A stretch of DNA of 64,000 nucleotides from the human T2T-CHM13v2.0 reference genome, Homo sapiens (GCF_009914755.1 NC_060947.1); one strand, 5' to 3'. Positions 12,936-32,329 are shown, counted from the stretch's first letter. Notes: generated by a model not told the origin, from the letters alone. Translations and numbers: made by a program.

Positions 12936-14229
12936 TTAATGAATATTGCTGCTATTATTATCCACGACTTTGACTCTTGTGAAACTTTGAGTCTTTTGTG
13001 ATGCTCTTGATGGAGTGCTAATACCTCTAACAGTGGCTGACTCAGCTTTTTCTTGGTGATTAGTATAAATCTTAGCTGAGATTTTCAGAAATGAGATTCC
13101 TGGCTTGACTACAAGTCTTTGGGGAAACATAAAGTGAAAAAAGAGTAAGGAAGGGAAAGAGAAGCTCCTCAATAGGAGATATGGGAATATCTCAAAGAAA
13201 AATCTTCACCCAATTTATTATTTTGTCTAGAGCCATCCCTGGATACTTGTTCAAATCAGGATCTTAAATGAGAGAAAAACTCCTTTTCTCTACTTCCTTT
13301 TCCTAAATCTACTTGTATTCAGCATACACAACATAAATGTAATGTCAATTGCTAAAGATAAGCCAATTCTAACATTATTCAAGCTGTCTGAAGACAAAAT
13401 GAAAGAATTCAGTTTTGTTGTTGCTTTAGCAATGAAAACCATGCTCTATTTTATCATCAAATAAGACAAAGTAAGTACAAAGCCATAGTGAAAGTATATA
13501 CCTGGGCTTCTGCAAGCCCACTCCTAGGAATACTATAGCTGAAGCTCAAAAGCACTTTGGCTTATAGGCCATTTTCCCAGCTAAGGAGTTTAGAACTTCT
13601 ATTTTAAAGTTCAAGTTGAATAGTGACTATTTGTTCTAAGTTGGTTCTACCATACTTTTAGGGCATGATTAACAATGATTATATGGGTGAAGGGCAAGCC
13701 ATGGGGCTACTAAGAACTACTGAACAAAATACAGTAAATATCATGATACCAAGACCTACGACTACTCAGATTTGATTAAAGACAAGCACTCATTCTCCTC
13801 CCACCCTTGTTTTTCACCCAAAGGGAGGCTAAATTTCTTATTCTCTTGAGAATGGGAGTGGGTGAAAAGTGTTATGAAGGGAAAAGTGAGGACTGGTGGA
13901 GGAATGGCAGGCTGCCCTGTCTAGGGCAACTATGAGGTGAAGGGTGGCTGCCTTAGTTTCTAACATTCTTCTGGCCCTATTTCTCCATGTCGGGCTGACA
14001 CAATTTGTGCCAATTAACAGGCGAATGCTTGGAAATACCACTGCTCTATGTATTCACAGGACCCAGAATTACTCCCATGAGCTATTAAGTAGACAACGAA
14101 ATTAGAAGATGCCAAAACACAGCCTGAATCAGGGTAGAGATTCAGATCACACACCTGAACCCTTGGAACTTCTGGCAGGCTGGCTGCATAGGCTCACTCC
14201 AAAGTTTTCATTAACCTTGTGATAATATG

Positions 14230-14430
14230 GCTTTTCATTTTACACATTAGATGTCATTACCTTATTCATTTACTTGTTATTTGTTAAATGCCAGTTTCAC
14301 CCCACTTAAGAATGCAAGCTCTATCACGGTAAAAACTGTGTTCCTTATGCCTAATACATGCCTAGGACATGGTGGGTGCTCAATTTATATTTGTTGAATG
14401 AATAAATGAATGAATATCCATGAATGAATA
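14230..14430 (+). mobile_element. L2 3' end
   Basis: GGTGCTCAATTTATATTTGTTGAATGAATAAATGAATGAA tail. Confidence 0.75.
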
Positions 14431-15254
14431 CATTGAGGTATGAAGGTGAGTTAAGCAGGCTTTTCTTGCACTAAGGGAGTACACCAGACCGGAAGTGGGG
14501 AACTATTGACTAATAAATAACTCTAAATGTTGAAATTCTGGAGCTAAAACCAGCTAGTGAGGCTAAAAGAGAAACTGTCCTCTTTATATGGGATCTGAAT
14601 TGTCCAATTTGCCATATCCTGCTTTACACATTATGTACCTGCCTGGAGTTTGAGGACATTTGAGTTTGTGTGGCTGCTGATCTTGTTACATCCCTTGTCA
14701 ATTCCTTTCCCCCTGAATTTTTGGTATGCTGGAAAAGCCTTCAAAACTTTGACATAACCTAGGAGAAAGGGAAAGGACACCAAATTACTTAAGATTAAGG
14801 TTTGGTGGGAGAGCGAGGGGCTCAAGGTCGAAATTAAGTCGAATTATAGAATGAAGGTCCATTTCATGCATGCCTGAGTTTGTGGTCTGATACTCTCTAA
14901 CTTACTACATTTATATGATGTATGCACTACAGGACTGAGGAGCAAGAGTTATATTTTAAGATATATCCTCATTACAATTGACCATGATTCAACTTACAAC
15001 TGAAGGTAAAGAGAAATCCCACTAACAAAGAATGATACTTGATATTTTGGTTGATATTAATTTTTCTGCTACATCCATTAATATTTTGTTTTTGTGAATC
15101 TTCCTGTTATGTATCACCTCTTTTACATCTTAACAAAGTCACTTTTATTCCTGAATTATTTAGAAAAATGTATGAAGTCTGAGAGGCAGACAAATCGTTT
15201 ACTGTCTTTGGATCTTAGTAACTTCATGTGTCAAATAAAGGAAGTCAACTAGAC

Positions 15255-15417
15255 CAGCTCATCTTAAACTTTAATGTATATCACCTGGGGGATCTTGTTA
15301 AAATGAATATTGATTAGCAGGTCTGAGATTGGCCTGCCATTCTGCATTTATAACAAGCTCCCACCCAGGTGACGTCAGTGCTGCTGGTCCAGGGGCCACA
15401 CTTTGGGTAGCAAGGGA
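15255..15417. mobile_element. MER5A
   Basis: ATCACCTGGGGGATCTTGTTAAAATG ... GCTGCTGGTCCAGGGGCCACACTTTGGGTAGCAAGG. Confidence 0.85.
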
Positions 15418-16144
15418 CTAGCTGACCTACAACATTCTTTTTCTTTGCGTTTCTAGGTTATTTACTGGACATAATTTAATTGGCACAGAAAACTCAGTAT
15501 ATACACACACAGACACACACTCACAGTGAGTTTTTCTGTGCCAAGAATTAAGCCAAGTGGGGTGCACTACTTTAGTTTTTGTAGCCCATGAACTTAATCA
15601 TATAATGCCTTATGGGGATGACTTATCTCTCTTAGTACAATTTAAGGTCATTGAAAACATATTGGAGTCTTATATTTTCATATTGTTTAACATCCTGTGC
15701 AAAAGGATTAATTGGGTAGTAGGGTGAATAGTTGCAACTTAGCCACTAAGTGAGCAACATGAGATAAAGCATAATGTGGATATTATTACTGTGTCTATCT
15801 CAGTTTGATGCCACAGGGAAAATAAGGATGATCTGTGTCACATTAGCCATTGTCAAATGGAGTCATGGCATTGGGAGTCATGTTGAAGGAAAGCATGTTT
15901 CTAGTGCTTTCTGAGCAGGACATGAAACCCTGTATCAGCCAGTTTAAACAGCCATATTTGCATATATAATATACATTTTATAGTCTATAGATGAGATTAA
16001 TATCACCTGTATAGTTCCCAGACTTTCCTTGGTTCTTCCCAATGCTACTCAGATTTATCCTAAAGGTCTCTGGGAGTCCTAAGAGAGTGTCTTAGGTTTG
16101 TACTGAGAATGACACCTCTAGAGGTATCTATTATTTCCCTTCTA

Positions 16145-17946
16145 TCACAATTGCTGCGAAGAGAATAAAATACCTAGGAATACAGCTAACAAGGGAAGTG
16201 AAGGACCTCTTCAACAAGAACTATAAACCACTGCTCAAGGAAATCAGAGAGGACACAAACAAACGGAAAAATATTCCATGCTCATGGATAGGGAGAATCA
16301 ATATTGTGAAAATGGCCATACTGCCCAAAGAAATTTATAGATTCAATGCTATTCCCATTAAACTACCATTGACATTCTTCACAGAATTAGAAAAAACTAG
16401 TTTAAAATTCATATGGAACTAATAAAGGGCTCATATAGCCAAGACAATACTAAGCAAAGAGAACAAAGCTGGAGGCATTACACTACTGAACTTCGAACTA
16501 TACCATAAAGCTACAATAACCAAAGCATCATGGTACTGGTACAGAAACAGACAGATAGACCAATGGAACAGAATTGAGAACTCAAAAATAAGATTGCACA
16601 TCTACAACCATCTGATCTTTGACAAACCTGACAAAAAGAAGTGATGGGGAAGGGATTCCCTATTTAATAAATGGTGTTGGGAGAACTGACTCTCCATATG
16701 CAGAAAATTGAAACTGGACCCCTTCCCCACACCTTATGCAAAAATGAACTCAAGATGGATTAAAGACTTAAATACAAAACCCAAAACTATAAAAACCCTA
16801 GAATAAAATGTAGGCAATACTATTCAGGACATAGGCAAGGGCAAAGATTTCATGGTGAAATCCCAAAAAGCAATTGCAACAAAAGCAAAAATTGATAAAT
16901 GGGATCTAATTAAACTAAGGACCTTCTGCACACTAAAAGAAACTATCAACAGAGTGAACAGGCAACCAACAGAGTGGGAGAAAATTTTTGCAATCTATCC
17001 ATCTGACAAAGGTCTAATATCCAGAGTCTACAAGGAACTCAAACAAATGTACAAGAATAAAACAACCCCATTAAAAAGTGGGCAAAGGACATGAACAGAC
17101 ACTTCTCAGAAGAAGACATTCATGTAGCCAACAAACATGAAAAAAAGCTCAACATACTGATCATTAGAGAAATGCAGATCGAAACCACAATTAGATACCA
17201 TCTCATGCCAGTCAGAATGATGATTATCAAAAACTCAAAAAACAACAGATGCTGGTGAGATTGCAGAGAAATAGAAATGCTTTTACACTGTTGGTGGGAA
17301 CGTAAATTAGTTCAACCATTGTGGAAGATGGTGTGGTGATTCCTCAAAGACCTAGAGGCAGAAATATCATTTGACCCACCCATCCCATTAATGGGTATAT
17401 ACCCAAAGGAATATAAATTGTTCTGTTAGAAAGATACATGCGCGCGTATGTTCACTGCAGCACTATTCACGACGGCAAAGACATGGAATCAACCCAAATG
17501 CCCAACAACGATAGACTGGATAAAGGCAAGGTGGTACATATACACCATGGAATACTATACAATGATACAAAGGAAGGAGATCATGTCCTTTGCAGGGACA
17601 TGGATGGAGCTGGAAGCCATTACCTTCAACAAACTAACACAGGAACACAAAACCAAACACCACATGTTTTCACCTATAACTGGGAGCTGAACAATGAGAA
17701 CACATGGATACAGGGAGGGGAACAACACACACTGGGACCTCTAGGCAGGTTGGTGGGGGGATGGAGAGCATCAGGAAAAATAGCTAGTGCATGCTGGGCT
17801 TAATACTTATGTGATGGGTTGATAGGTGCAGCAAACCACCTTGACACACGTTACTCTATGTAACAAACCTGCATGTCTTGCACATGTACCCCAGAACTAA
17901 TAATAAAAATTTTTAAAAAAGGAAAAGAAAAAGAAAAAGAAAAAAA
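16145..17946 (+). mobile_element. 5'-truncated L1PA (about PA8-PA13 age): ORF2 3' part, 3'UTR, A-rich tail
   Basis: Broken ORF2 translations ([38 protein letters not shown]) and 3'UTR GAGAGCATCAGGAAAAATAGCTA. Confidence 0.95.
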
Positions 17947-18537
17947 TCTCCCCCTAAACGTTTCTTAAAGCTGCTCTTATTTCCGATTGGTTTAGAAAAC
18001 ATGAAAACACTTGCATTTTTAAAATGATCAATGGTAACACTCCCCTGGACCTTGCTCTCTTCACATTTAAACCAAGAGTAGTATTGGATGATCTCTCAAA
18101 GACTTTTTCTACCTCTGTATATATTTTACTTAAGCATTAATCAAAATTATTTGATGCTTTTGTAAAGATACTTTCAGGTTCGCAGTGTTCAAAAATATAG
18201 AGTATATTCATTGTTTAATCAGAATGTGTGTCCGTTGCTGGGAAATTCAAAGAGTTCTGTCACCCCTGAGAAGTAAATCACAGTCATCAGAAGCTTCTGT
18301 AATTAAGTTTATTACAGAGAGTATAATATAATTTACATCTGCAAACTCTGAGCTAACTAAAATAATGGGATGTCAATGTTCATAAAGTACCCAGCGAAGG
18401 CACTTTTGTTGAAACAACAATAATACAAATGAGGGCTTGCAAGGTCTGCATTCAGACTAGAAGAGTTGTAGAGCAGCTATTGACAGTGTAGACCTAGATA
18501 ATTGGGGCTGGAAAGCTAGCCAATCAAGTAAGTATTC

Positions 18538-18941
18538 TTTATTTTTCTTTAAACGAAAATTTTATTTTAAAAATTTTTAACAATTTTGGGGGTACAGGTG
18601 GCTTTTGGTTACATAGATAGTTCCTTAGTGGTGATTTCTGAGATTTTGGTGCACCCATCACCTGAACAGTGTATGCTGCACCCAATATGTAGTCTTTTAT
18701 CCCTCAACCCTCCTACCCTTACCCTGCCAAGTCCCCAAAGTCCATTATATCATTTTTATGCCTTTGCATCCTCATAGCTTAGCTCCCACTTATAAGTGAG
18801 AACATATGATATTTGGTTTTCCATTCTTGAGTTACTTCACTTAGAATAATGGCCACCAGCTCCATCCAAGTTGCTGCAAAGGCTTTTATTTCATTCTGTT
18901 TTATGGCTGAGTAGTACTCCATGGTGTATATATACCACATT
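18538..18941 (-). mobile_element. L1PB1-like 3' end
   Basis: TTTTGGTTACATAGATAGTTCCTTAGTGGTGATTTCTGAGATTTTGGTGCACCC; TSD AAGTAAGTATTC (18526-18537) / AAATAAGTATTC (18942-18953). Confidence 0.9.
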
Positions 18942-19301
18942 AAATAAGTATTCATAATTTAAGAAATGATTCAGAAATATCCTTCTTGAAATGGGCCAAG
19001 CATATTTCTGGGTAATAGTTTATTCTCACTCTACTCTTACACCTGTCAGCCCCAGCCCACCACCATAGTGCAGTAGATTCAAATATCCCTCCATATTTTC
19101 TGATTGCATTCTGGGGGTAGTATAAAGTTAAAACCAAAAGATTTCTGGAAATTATTTTGTACCAACTAAGAAAGCAAATAATATATCTTTGTATTTCATT
19201 TTTTTCCCTGTTACTTTCTATATTGGTTAGAAGTGCTTTTAGCTGCAAGTAATGGAACATTTGTCTAATAATATCTACTACCAATAAGACTTAGTTGTTT
19301 A

Positions 19302-22495
<3,194 letters not shown>

Positions 22496-24382
22496 AAGAC
22501 TTAGTTGTTTACTTAAACAGAAGCACAGAACTAGGTGGTTCAGGGTTAGTTATGCAGCCCTGTGATGGTGTCAAGGACTCAGGTCTTCCTTGGATTCATC
22601 TGCTCTGTCATCTTCAGTGTATTCAGTGAATACTATGGGCATGGCTGCCTCAGTTTTGTATAACACCATCTTAAGCAAAACATATGGAAAGTGGTAGAAA
22701 AAGAGGCTTTCTCTTCATTATCTCTCTTTCAGAGGAAACAATTATTCTTCAAAGGCCATAGCAAAATTTTCTTTATGTTTTATTGATCAGAATTGGTCCA
22801 TATCCTCACCCCTAGAACAATTACTGACAAAGTGATATGGGAATGCCACAAATGTCTGAGATTAATCAGAATTAATTCCCTGGAGCTGGATACTGTCAAA
22901 CTCTAAATTTTAAATGGTTAAAAATATGACTCTCATACAAACATAGGATGAGCACATGTCAAAGATAACTCCTTAATGAGGGTGCCATCAAAGTAGTAAA
23001 GCTAGTTCAAAGGTAGTTAGAAGAGAGTGACAGATAGCATCAAGGAAAAAAAAGAATGCTGAAATGCAATTGCCAACATAGATACAAAACTGATTATTAC
23101 CTTACAGGACTAGAAAACTGTAACCTTAGGGATAATTTTTTTTTTTTTTTACCAGACAGGAATTCCTTGCAACTTATTAATGTTCTACAAGTTAATATCT
23201 ATCTTTAATGAATCAATAGTAAATTGTAAGTCAAACAAAAGTACATTTCCTTAGATAATTAGATAAATACTCTTTGGCTGGGCCTGTTAGTCATTGAAAG
23301 ACAGACAGTCATTATTTTGCCTTATTTCCACGTTTGGAATACTATTTCTTAACAGCGTCTAGGCAAAGGACTCTAATTGAGGTTTTCTTAGAAAGATGAA
23401 GGAGAACATGTTTTCTGGGTAGGCAATCAATACTGTCTGCCACAAACCTCTTATTTCAAATGAGTAAAATTCATCAGGTGTTTAAATATTTTTTTCTAGA
23501 TAATCATCTTAAACATGGATAACAATGTCAAGCATTTTCAACTGTTAACATTATATCTTCCATTTCTGATATTATTAAAACATTATATTTTGAGCAGTAT
23601 TTCAGTGTCACTGGGAATAATTTTTATTGACATTTTAATCTAGGTTCCAATGTTAGATGAATATGTGGATTTCTTCAGTCAACTTCTCTGAAAGTAAAGC
23701 ATTGTCGCTGGTGAAATGATTATGTCAATAGGTGGCATTTTCTTGATTTTCTCCAGAGGGTGTTTTCTATTTGTGATTTATTTTCTTTGAAGTTGGTCCT
23801 TACAATTGATCTTGAAGACATCACTTCTTTCTTTTCACAAGCTTATCTGTGGGTAACTAAATCCCAATGGCACTGTAGTAGACTTGTTTTTATTTAGTTA
23901 TTATTAGTTTTTTCTATTGACTCACTAAAGCCAAATCTAGAGCTCTGTGTCAAGAATACCTGTGAATTCCACAGTAAGCATTTTGATCTTAGGGAAAAGC
24001 AAAGTTTGCCTCCAATTCCAAATGGCCCAAGCAGTACTGGGATACTAGCTATAAGAAGCCAATATTGTAATACATTCCATTTGGGATAAGAGTCATTGTT
24101 AAGGCATTTGTCTTATGGTGAAGCTTGGAAATAGCAGTTATAATTAAACAGGTGATGCTCTCTGAAGCAATTTCACTTGCAAGTGAGTCATGCTGCAAGA
24201 GATCTATGGAAGTACATCAGAAGCAAGTCTTGTGCTCATCATTCCCTCTGTGGCATCTCTTGGGTCTGTCATTCTTTTTGGTGGCTTACAAAGAAGATTC
24301 CAACAAGTGAGAATTTCAATCCTCTTTCAAATGCCAAAAACAAGTTAGACAGCATTTTTGGGAGGGAAACAGGAATAGTGAC

Positions 24383-24729
24383 TGATATGGTTTGGCTGTA
24401 TCCCCACTCAAATCTCATCTTGAATTCTCACGTGTTGTGTTGTGGGAGGGACCTGGTGGGAGATAATTGAATCATGGGGGCAGCTTCTCCCATACTGTTT
24501 TCATGATGGTAAGTCTCATGATATCCGATGGTTTTAAGAATGAGAGTTTCCCTGCACAAGCCCTCTTCTTCTCTTGTCTGCCACCATGTGAGACATGGCT
24601 TTCACCTTCCACCATGATTGTGAGGCTTCTCCAGCCACGTGGAACTGTAAGTGCATTGAACCTCTTTCTTTTGTAAATTGCCCAGTCTTAGGTATGTCTT
24701 TATCAGCAGTGTGAAAATGGACTAATACA
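24383..24729 (+). mobile_element. THE1 (A/B-like) solo LTR
   Basis: TGATATGGTTTGG ... GGACTAATACA with perfect 5-bp TSD GTGAC (24378-24382, 24730-24734). Confidence 0.95.
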
Positions 24730-25557
24730 GTGACTAGATCCTAAAATCATATCTTTATATTTACAAGCTAGGGTGTTTTTCCTCCACTGATTAAATTAAA
24801 TTTCTGCCTTTAATTAACTTTTTCCTGAGATGTTTGCTGTGTTATTTATAGTTGGGACTTCCTTAGTAGGTCAGGAGACTATAGTATAGAACAGAAATGT
24901 TAAGAACAACATAGTAAATGATATAGGTTTACCTCAGCAAGGCCATGAAAGTAAGGAGAGAGTTGATCTGGAGAAATAGTTTCTCAATTGGCCAAATGAA
25001 GAGAAAGTAATGTTTAACTTGCTAGTATCTGATTTCTTTTTATTAATTATAACTATGTTAAAACCAGTATTATGAACTTAAAGCTTTCCTTTACTTCAAC
25101 AGTTCTATTTTGGTTTTCTAATGTTTTACCTTAAGAAATGTATTAGTTAAAGGGAAGTATTAATTTGATGTGATGGGTATGGGAAAAGGATAAATTTTAA
25201 TACATTCTTTTATAAACAACATCATAAAATGACAATGTTGCTCCTGCCTTTCTATTCCACCATTTATCAAAACACTGGTTTTACTGTTTTTCCAGGTCTC
25301 TTTATAGTTCAGTATGGGTGCTTTATTTTAGTACGCATGTCAAAGAAGATAACAGTTTGTAATTTGCTTTCTCCCTTTAATATTATATCAAAACTGTTGC
25401 ATTTATTTTAATAAGCAGCCTCACTATCTGTTAAGTTGCATAATAGCTTATTTGGCTGTGTTTTGGACATTTATGATCTTAATTCTTTTTAATGCTGCAA
25501 TAAAAACCCTTGTACATAAAGTTTTTTTTTCTATTTAAAATTATTTGTTATTTGGCA

Positions 25558-25910
25558 GGTATATTAGCAAGGATGGGCTAGCTTATGTTTCAATAACAAG
25601 TTGATCCCCAAGTACTAGTGGCTTAATGCAATAATGACTTGTCTCTTGTTCATGCTACACATTCATCATTAGTCACTGGAGGGAGGAGCACCCAGGCTGA
25701 TGGAGTTTTCACAATATGATAGCTGTCGACTGGAACATGTGTCTAGGAAAAAGAGAAGAGACTGGAAAATTATGCACAGACCTTTCACTGCTTCTACCTG
25801 GGAATGACACATGTCCCCCTGTTCACAGCCATCAATCAGAACTAGTCTGGAAGGGGCTGGGAAATAGAGTGGAACAAATGGAGTATTGAAAGAACATTAC
25901 AAATTCTTCA
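25558..25910. mobile_element. MLT1J-like LTR
   Basis: TATATTAGCAAGGATGGGCTAGCTTATG ... AGTGGCTTAATGCAATAA ... GGAATGACACATGTC. Confidence 0.6.
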
Positions 25911-26089
25911 ACAGCAGTGATGTTGGAGTGGGAAGAAAGATTATTTTCTTAGAATAAATCCCTGATTTGTTGGGCTCAAACAGACGAGACACATGTGTAT
26001 TTTTGAAATTTTTTTCTTTTCTTTTTTTTCTTTCAGAGTGCTTTACAAAAGGATGGGCCTTCTTCATGGTGTCTAGTGGTAAAGAGTAG

Positions 26090-26325
26090 TGACAAAGAGC
26101 ACGGGCTTGGGTCAGAGGCATATTTGTGTTTGTATCCTGGCACTTAGTAGTTACATGTCCTTGGACGAATTACTTACTCTTTCTAAACCTCATTTTCCTG
26201 ATTTACAATATGTGTGTGAGTTTATCTACTACACTTGGATAGGATTAAATGAATGACTATATGTAAAATACTGGCCCAGTGTGTCTGGTCTATAGTAACT
26301 ACTCAATAAATGGTAAATATTATTG
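26090..26325 (+). mobile_element. MIR SINE
   Basis: CCTTGGACGAATTACTTACTCTTTCTAAACCTCATTTTCCT; CTCAATAAATGGTA. Confidence 0.75.
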
Positions 26326-26454
26326 TTTACCACTTTTCATTATGTTTCCATTATGAACATGTCTTTTCTAATTTTACATGTATCAAGTATTAAAATGTTA
26401 AATTTGGAATAATTAGCGGGGTCAACAATTAAGTGGTTTTAACAACATGGAGGC

Positions 26455-27021
26455 TCCTTTAAAAATTAACAATAAAACCACTACATGATCCAGCAATCCC
26501 ACTACTGGATATACATCCGAAGGAAATGAAATCAATGTCTTAAAAGAGATACCTGCACTCTCATGTTTATTGCCACACTATTCACAATAGCCAAGGTATG
26601 GAATCAACCTAAATGTCCATTGACAGATGAATGGATAAATAAATTATGACACACACACACCACACAAATATTATTCAGCATTGAAAAGACAGAAATCCTG
26701 CTATTTGCAACAACATGGATGAACCTGGAGGACATTATGCTAAGTGAAATAAGCCAGACACAGAAGGACAAATACTGTATAATCCTACTTATATGTGGAA
26801 TCTAAAAAAGATGAATTCATAGAGGTAGAGATTAGAACAATGGTTTCCAGGAGTTGGGGAGAAGGGATAACGTGGAGATGCCAGTCAAAGGGTACAAAGT
26901 TTCAGTTATAAGATTAATATGTTCTGGGGACTTAATGTACAGCATAGTGACTATAGTTAATAATACCGTATGGTATACTTGAAATTTACTAAGAAAGTAG
27001 ATCCTAAGGGTTTTCACCACA

Positions 27022-27074
<53 letters not shown>

Positions 27075-27132
27075 CTTAAGTATATATAATTTTTATTTGT
27101 CAATTAAACCTCAATAAGGCTGGAGAAAAAAT
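26455..27132 (+). mobile_element. L1MA (MA8-10-like) 3' end
   Basis: ATGATCCAGCAATCCCACTACTGG, TCAAAGGGTACAAAGTTTCAGTTATAAG, TACAGCATAGTGACTATAGTTAATAAT. Confidence 0.9.
27025..27072. repeat. (CA)n microsatellite
   Basis: About 23 uninterrupted CA units. Confidence 0.95.
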
Positions 27133-27779
27133 TAATGTGTTTAGATGTGGTAATTATTTATATTTTCCCCTCAACAAAATGAAGTGAGTGATCGCATTTA
27201 TTCCCTAGTAAGAGATGATCTGACTAGGAGGCTCTCTTTGGTTTCTCATCACCAAACTCAGCATTGTCTCTATTATCTTTTCTTTAATCCTAATTGGAGA
27301 TGTAGTGAGGGTGGGGGCCTAGAAAGCCAAGGAAGTTGTGCTGTGTTATCAAGATTCTGGTTCTTGTTTATAAGGCTAAGCCATTATGCGTGTATGTATA
27401 CAGGTTTTGAGTATCCCATTCATGAGATTTGGAGGAAAAACAGTATGTCATGATGGAGACAGGAAGAGATGGATATAATATTTTACAGGTTGTAGTATTA
27501 AAAACATATGAGATCATTTGCTTTTTTCACAAAAGATAATAATTCCTTATTTAAATATTTCTTTGTGATTTTATCAAATAGGTTTTATTTATATGATACA
27601 CCATCTGGATGTCTGATATTGAACAAATGCTAGTGTTCTTTCTATTTTTGTGGCACTAATAAACATATTGACAAAACAGTTTTGAGAGATTTTTATGCAG
27701 TTTCACTGTGCCAGGTGCTGCAGTATAAAAAAATTATGGTTCTCAGCTAAAAGAAATACATCTTACAGCTGTGTAGATG

Positions 27780-27871
27780 AATATGTATGTACATAGACAA
27801 CAATTGTATGTACATACAATATGTATGTACATAGACAACAATTGTATGTACATACAATATGTATGTACATA
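27780..27871. repeat. 38-bp tandem repeat, 2.4 copies
   Basis: AATATGTATGTACATAGACAACAATTGTATGTACATAC twice plus a partial third copy. Confidence 0.92.
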
Positions 27872-28619
27872 TTCAAAAGTGTGATAGGGTAACAGCCAAA
27901 AGTAAAGCAGAAATGTAGGCTCTGGGAACATAAGAATGGGCCAATTTTACCTCGTTGTTTTGGAGAACCTTCAGGGAGGAGAGGCTTTTGAGTTGGGCCT
28001 TGAAACCTGTGGAAAGCTTCAATTGGAAGCAGAAAGAAGTACACTCTAGGAAAAAGGAATAAAATGAGCAAAGGCACAGAGAGGAAAGAATAGGGCCTGT
28101 TGATTATATGCTCTTCCATAGGCATTAGGAAGCCAAGACAGGATTTTTAGCAGGAGGTTGACATAATTTGAAGTGTCCCAGCCATATAGAGGCTGGATGA
28201 GATGGGACAGCCTGGGTAAGAGAACCCAGTTAGGAGGCAATTGTAATGATCCTGGAGAGAAGAGCAAGAGAAGGATAGGTCTGCCGGCACTGCTGAAAGA
28301 GCCAGCCTTGGCAAGGTAGACTTGGCTCTGTCTATGATTTAGCATAACAAGTGGACGATGAATGAAGATGAAGGGAGACGAGTTGATAAGGCAGAACTTG
28401 TTGGGTGAGCCCCATGTTTTTAGACAGGTAAAAGGCTATTTGCTGAGAGGAAGACAGTTGGTTGGAGACCTGAGAAAATTTACAAGTTTAGAATTGCAAT
28501 TTCAGTGAATAGGTTAAAGATGTGTTTAGGGATGAGTAAAATATTGGTCAAGAAGCAGTTGGGAGGAAGTTGGTAGTACTGTTAATCAGGGAAATTGGCA
28601 TCTCAGACACTTTTGGTGA

Positions 28620-29300
28620 CAGTGTAAGGTGCTAGCTATCTTTGGAGGCCAATTTGGCATTATCTTTTGAAATTTAACCAGTGTTTTCACTTTGATGCAG
28701 AAGTTCCTCTTCTGTGAATTTGCCATGTAGAAATAATTTCACATATGTACAGAAGTGAATATGTGAGGTTGTTCACTGAAGAACTGTTTAAAACAAACAT
28801 CAAATTGGAAATAACATAAATTCCTAGTCAATAGACAATTGACTGAAAAAAAATACAGTACAACCCCACGATGGGATCCTATTTAGATGGAAGTCTGTGT
28901 TAGGTGATGGCACAGATAGGTGTTGGTGAGAAGAGATAGCAATATTATGTTAAAGTGAATAAAGTGAAAATAATAATATTTATGGCATGCCCATTTTTCT
29001 TTTGGAAAAATATCACCTAACAAAACTGTGTGCTTATATAGGCATATCTATAATTTTAAAGATTTGTATATGTATAGGATATATCTGAAAGGATACATAC
29101 TGGATGTTAGTAATTTATATTTTTTCATTCAGCACAGAGTATCTTTGCTTTTTTCATAAAAATCAAATCAAAACTAAATCTCTGTGTGTGAATACATGTG
29201 TATGTGTTTGTGTGTATATTTGCACCTGCATCCATATATGCATGTGTCTGAAAAAAATAGTCTAGAAAGATACAACTAATCTTCACATTTTATTTTACCT
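28620..29300 (+). mobile_element. Highly decayed L1ME-like 3' fragments
   Basis: CTTTGGAGGCCAATTTGGCATTATC, GTTCACTGAAGAACTGTTT, TCTGAAAGGATACATAC. Confidence 0.55.
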
Positions 29301-29795
29301 TTTCATTTCTGTTGACTTTTTATTTTAAAAGAAGGAAATATTAATTTTTCAATTTAAAATAATAATTACAACATAAAATATTTTTAGACGATGAGGTCCT
29401 CATATAGATATTATGAAGTCTAGATTTTTAGTACAGCCTTTCATTACAATGAAACACTTCTTACCTCTAGCTGTGCTTGGCAGCCTACGATCTGGGGTGG
29501 AGAAACAATTGGAGGAATTTATCTATGTAAGCTGCGGTTACATAAAGTAGATGCAACAGGATGTCAAGGGCATTGATTAATCTAGAGAAGTGATAAGGGA
29601 AAAGTTGAGGTTGTTGCCCGTAACATTCAAGTTGGGTAGCCTGCAATCCCATTAAGCTGTCACACAAGAGAAAAATCCTACACCATGTACTTTAGTTTGG
29701 CACTTCACTTCATCCTGTCCTCTCTCTTTTGGCTACCACCCTGACTTTTCATCTTTTCTTTTAATTCTTACCACCTTTTAAGAATATATTGGATG

Positions 29796-32133
<2,338 letters not shown>

Positions 32134-32143
32134 AAGAAGAAGA

Positions 32144-32247
32144 GAGGCAGAGGCAGAAGGATCACTTTAGGCCAAGAGTTTAAGACCAACCTGGGCAACA
32201 TAGCGACACCCTATCTCTACAGAAATTAAAAAAGAAAGAAAGAAAGA
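32144..32247 (+). mobile_element. 5'-truncated FLAM / Alu left monomer
   Basis: GAGGCAGAAGGATCACTTTAGGCCAAGAGTTTAAGACCAACCTGGGCAACATAGCGA, (GAAA)n tail, AAGAAGAGAG at 32137-32146 and 32248-32257. Confidence 0.85.
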
Positions 32248-32329
32248 AAGAAGAGAGAAGTGGAGCTTGTGTAGGACAGCAGTGCATATTACCCTTACTC
32301 TTTTGATCTGACGCTTTGCATATTTTCCC

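Noticed and set aside
32134-32260. 3' transduction carried by L1 no.2
   Set aside because: The following FLAM has its own flanking repeat, and I found no downstream copy of the L1 left flank after a second poly(A).
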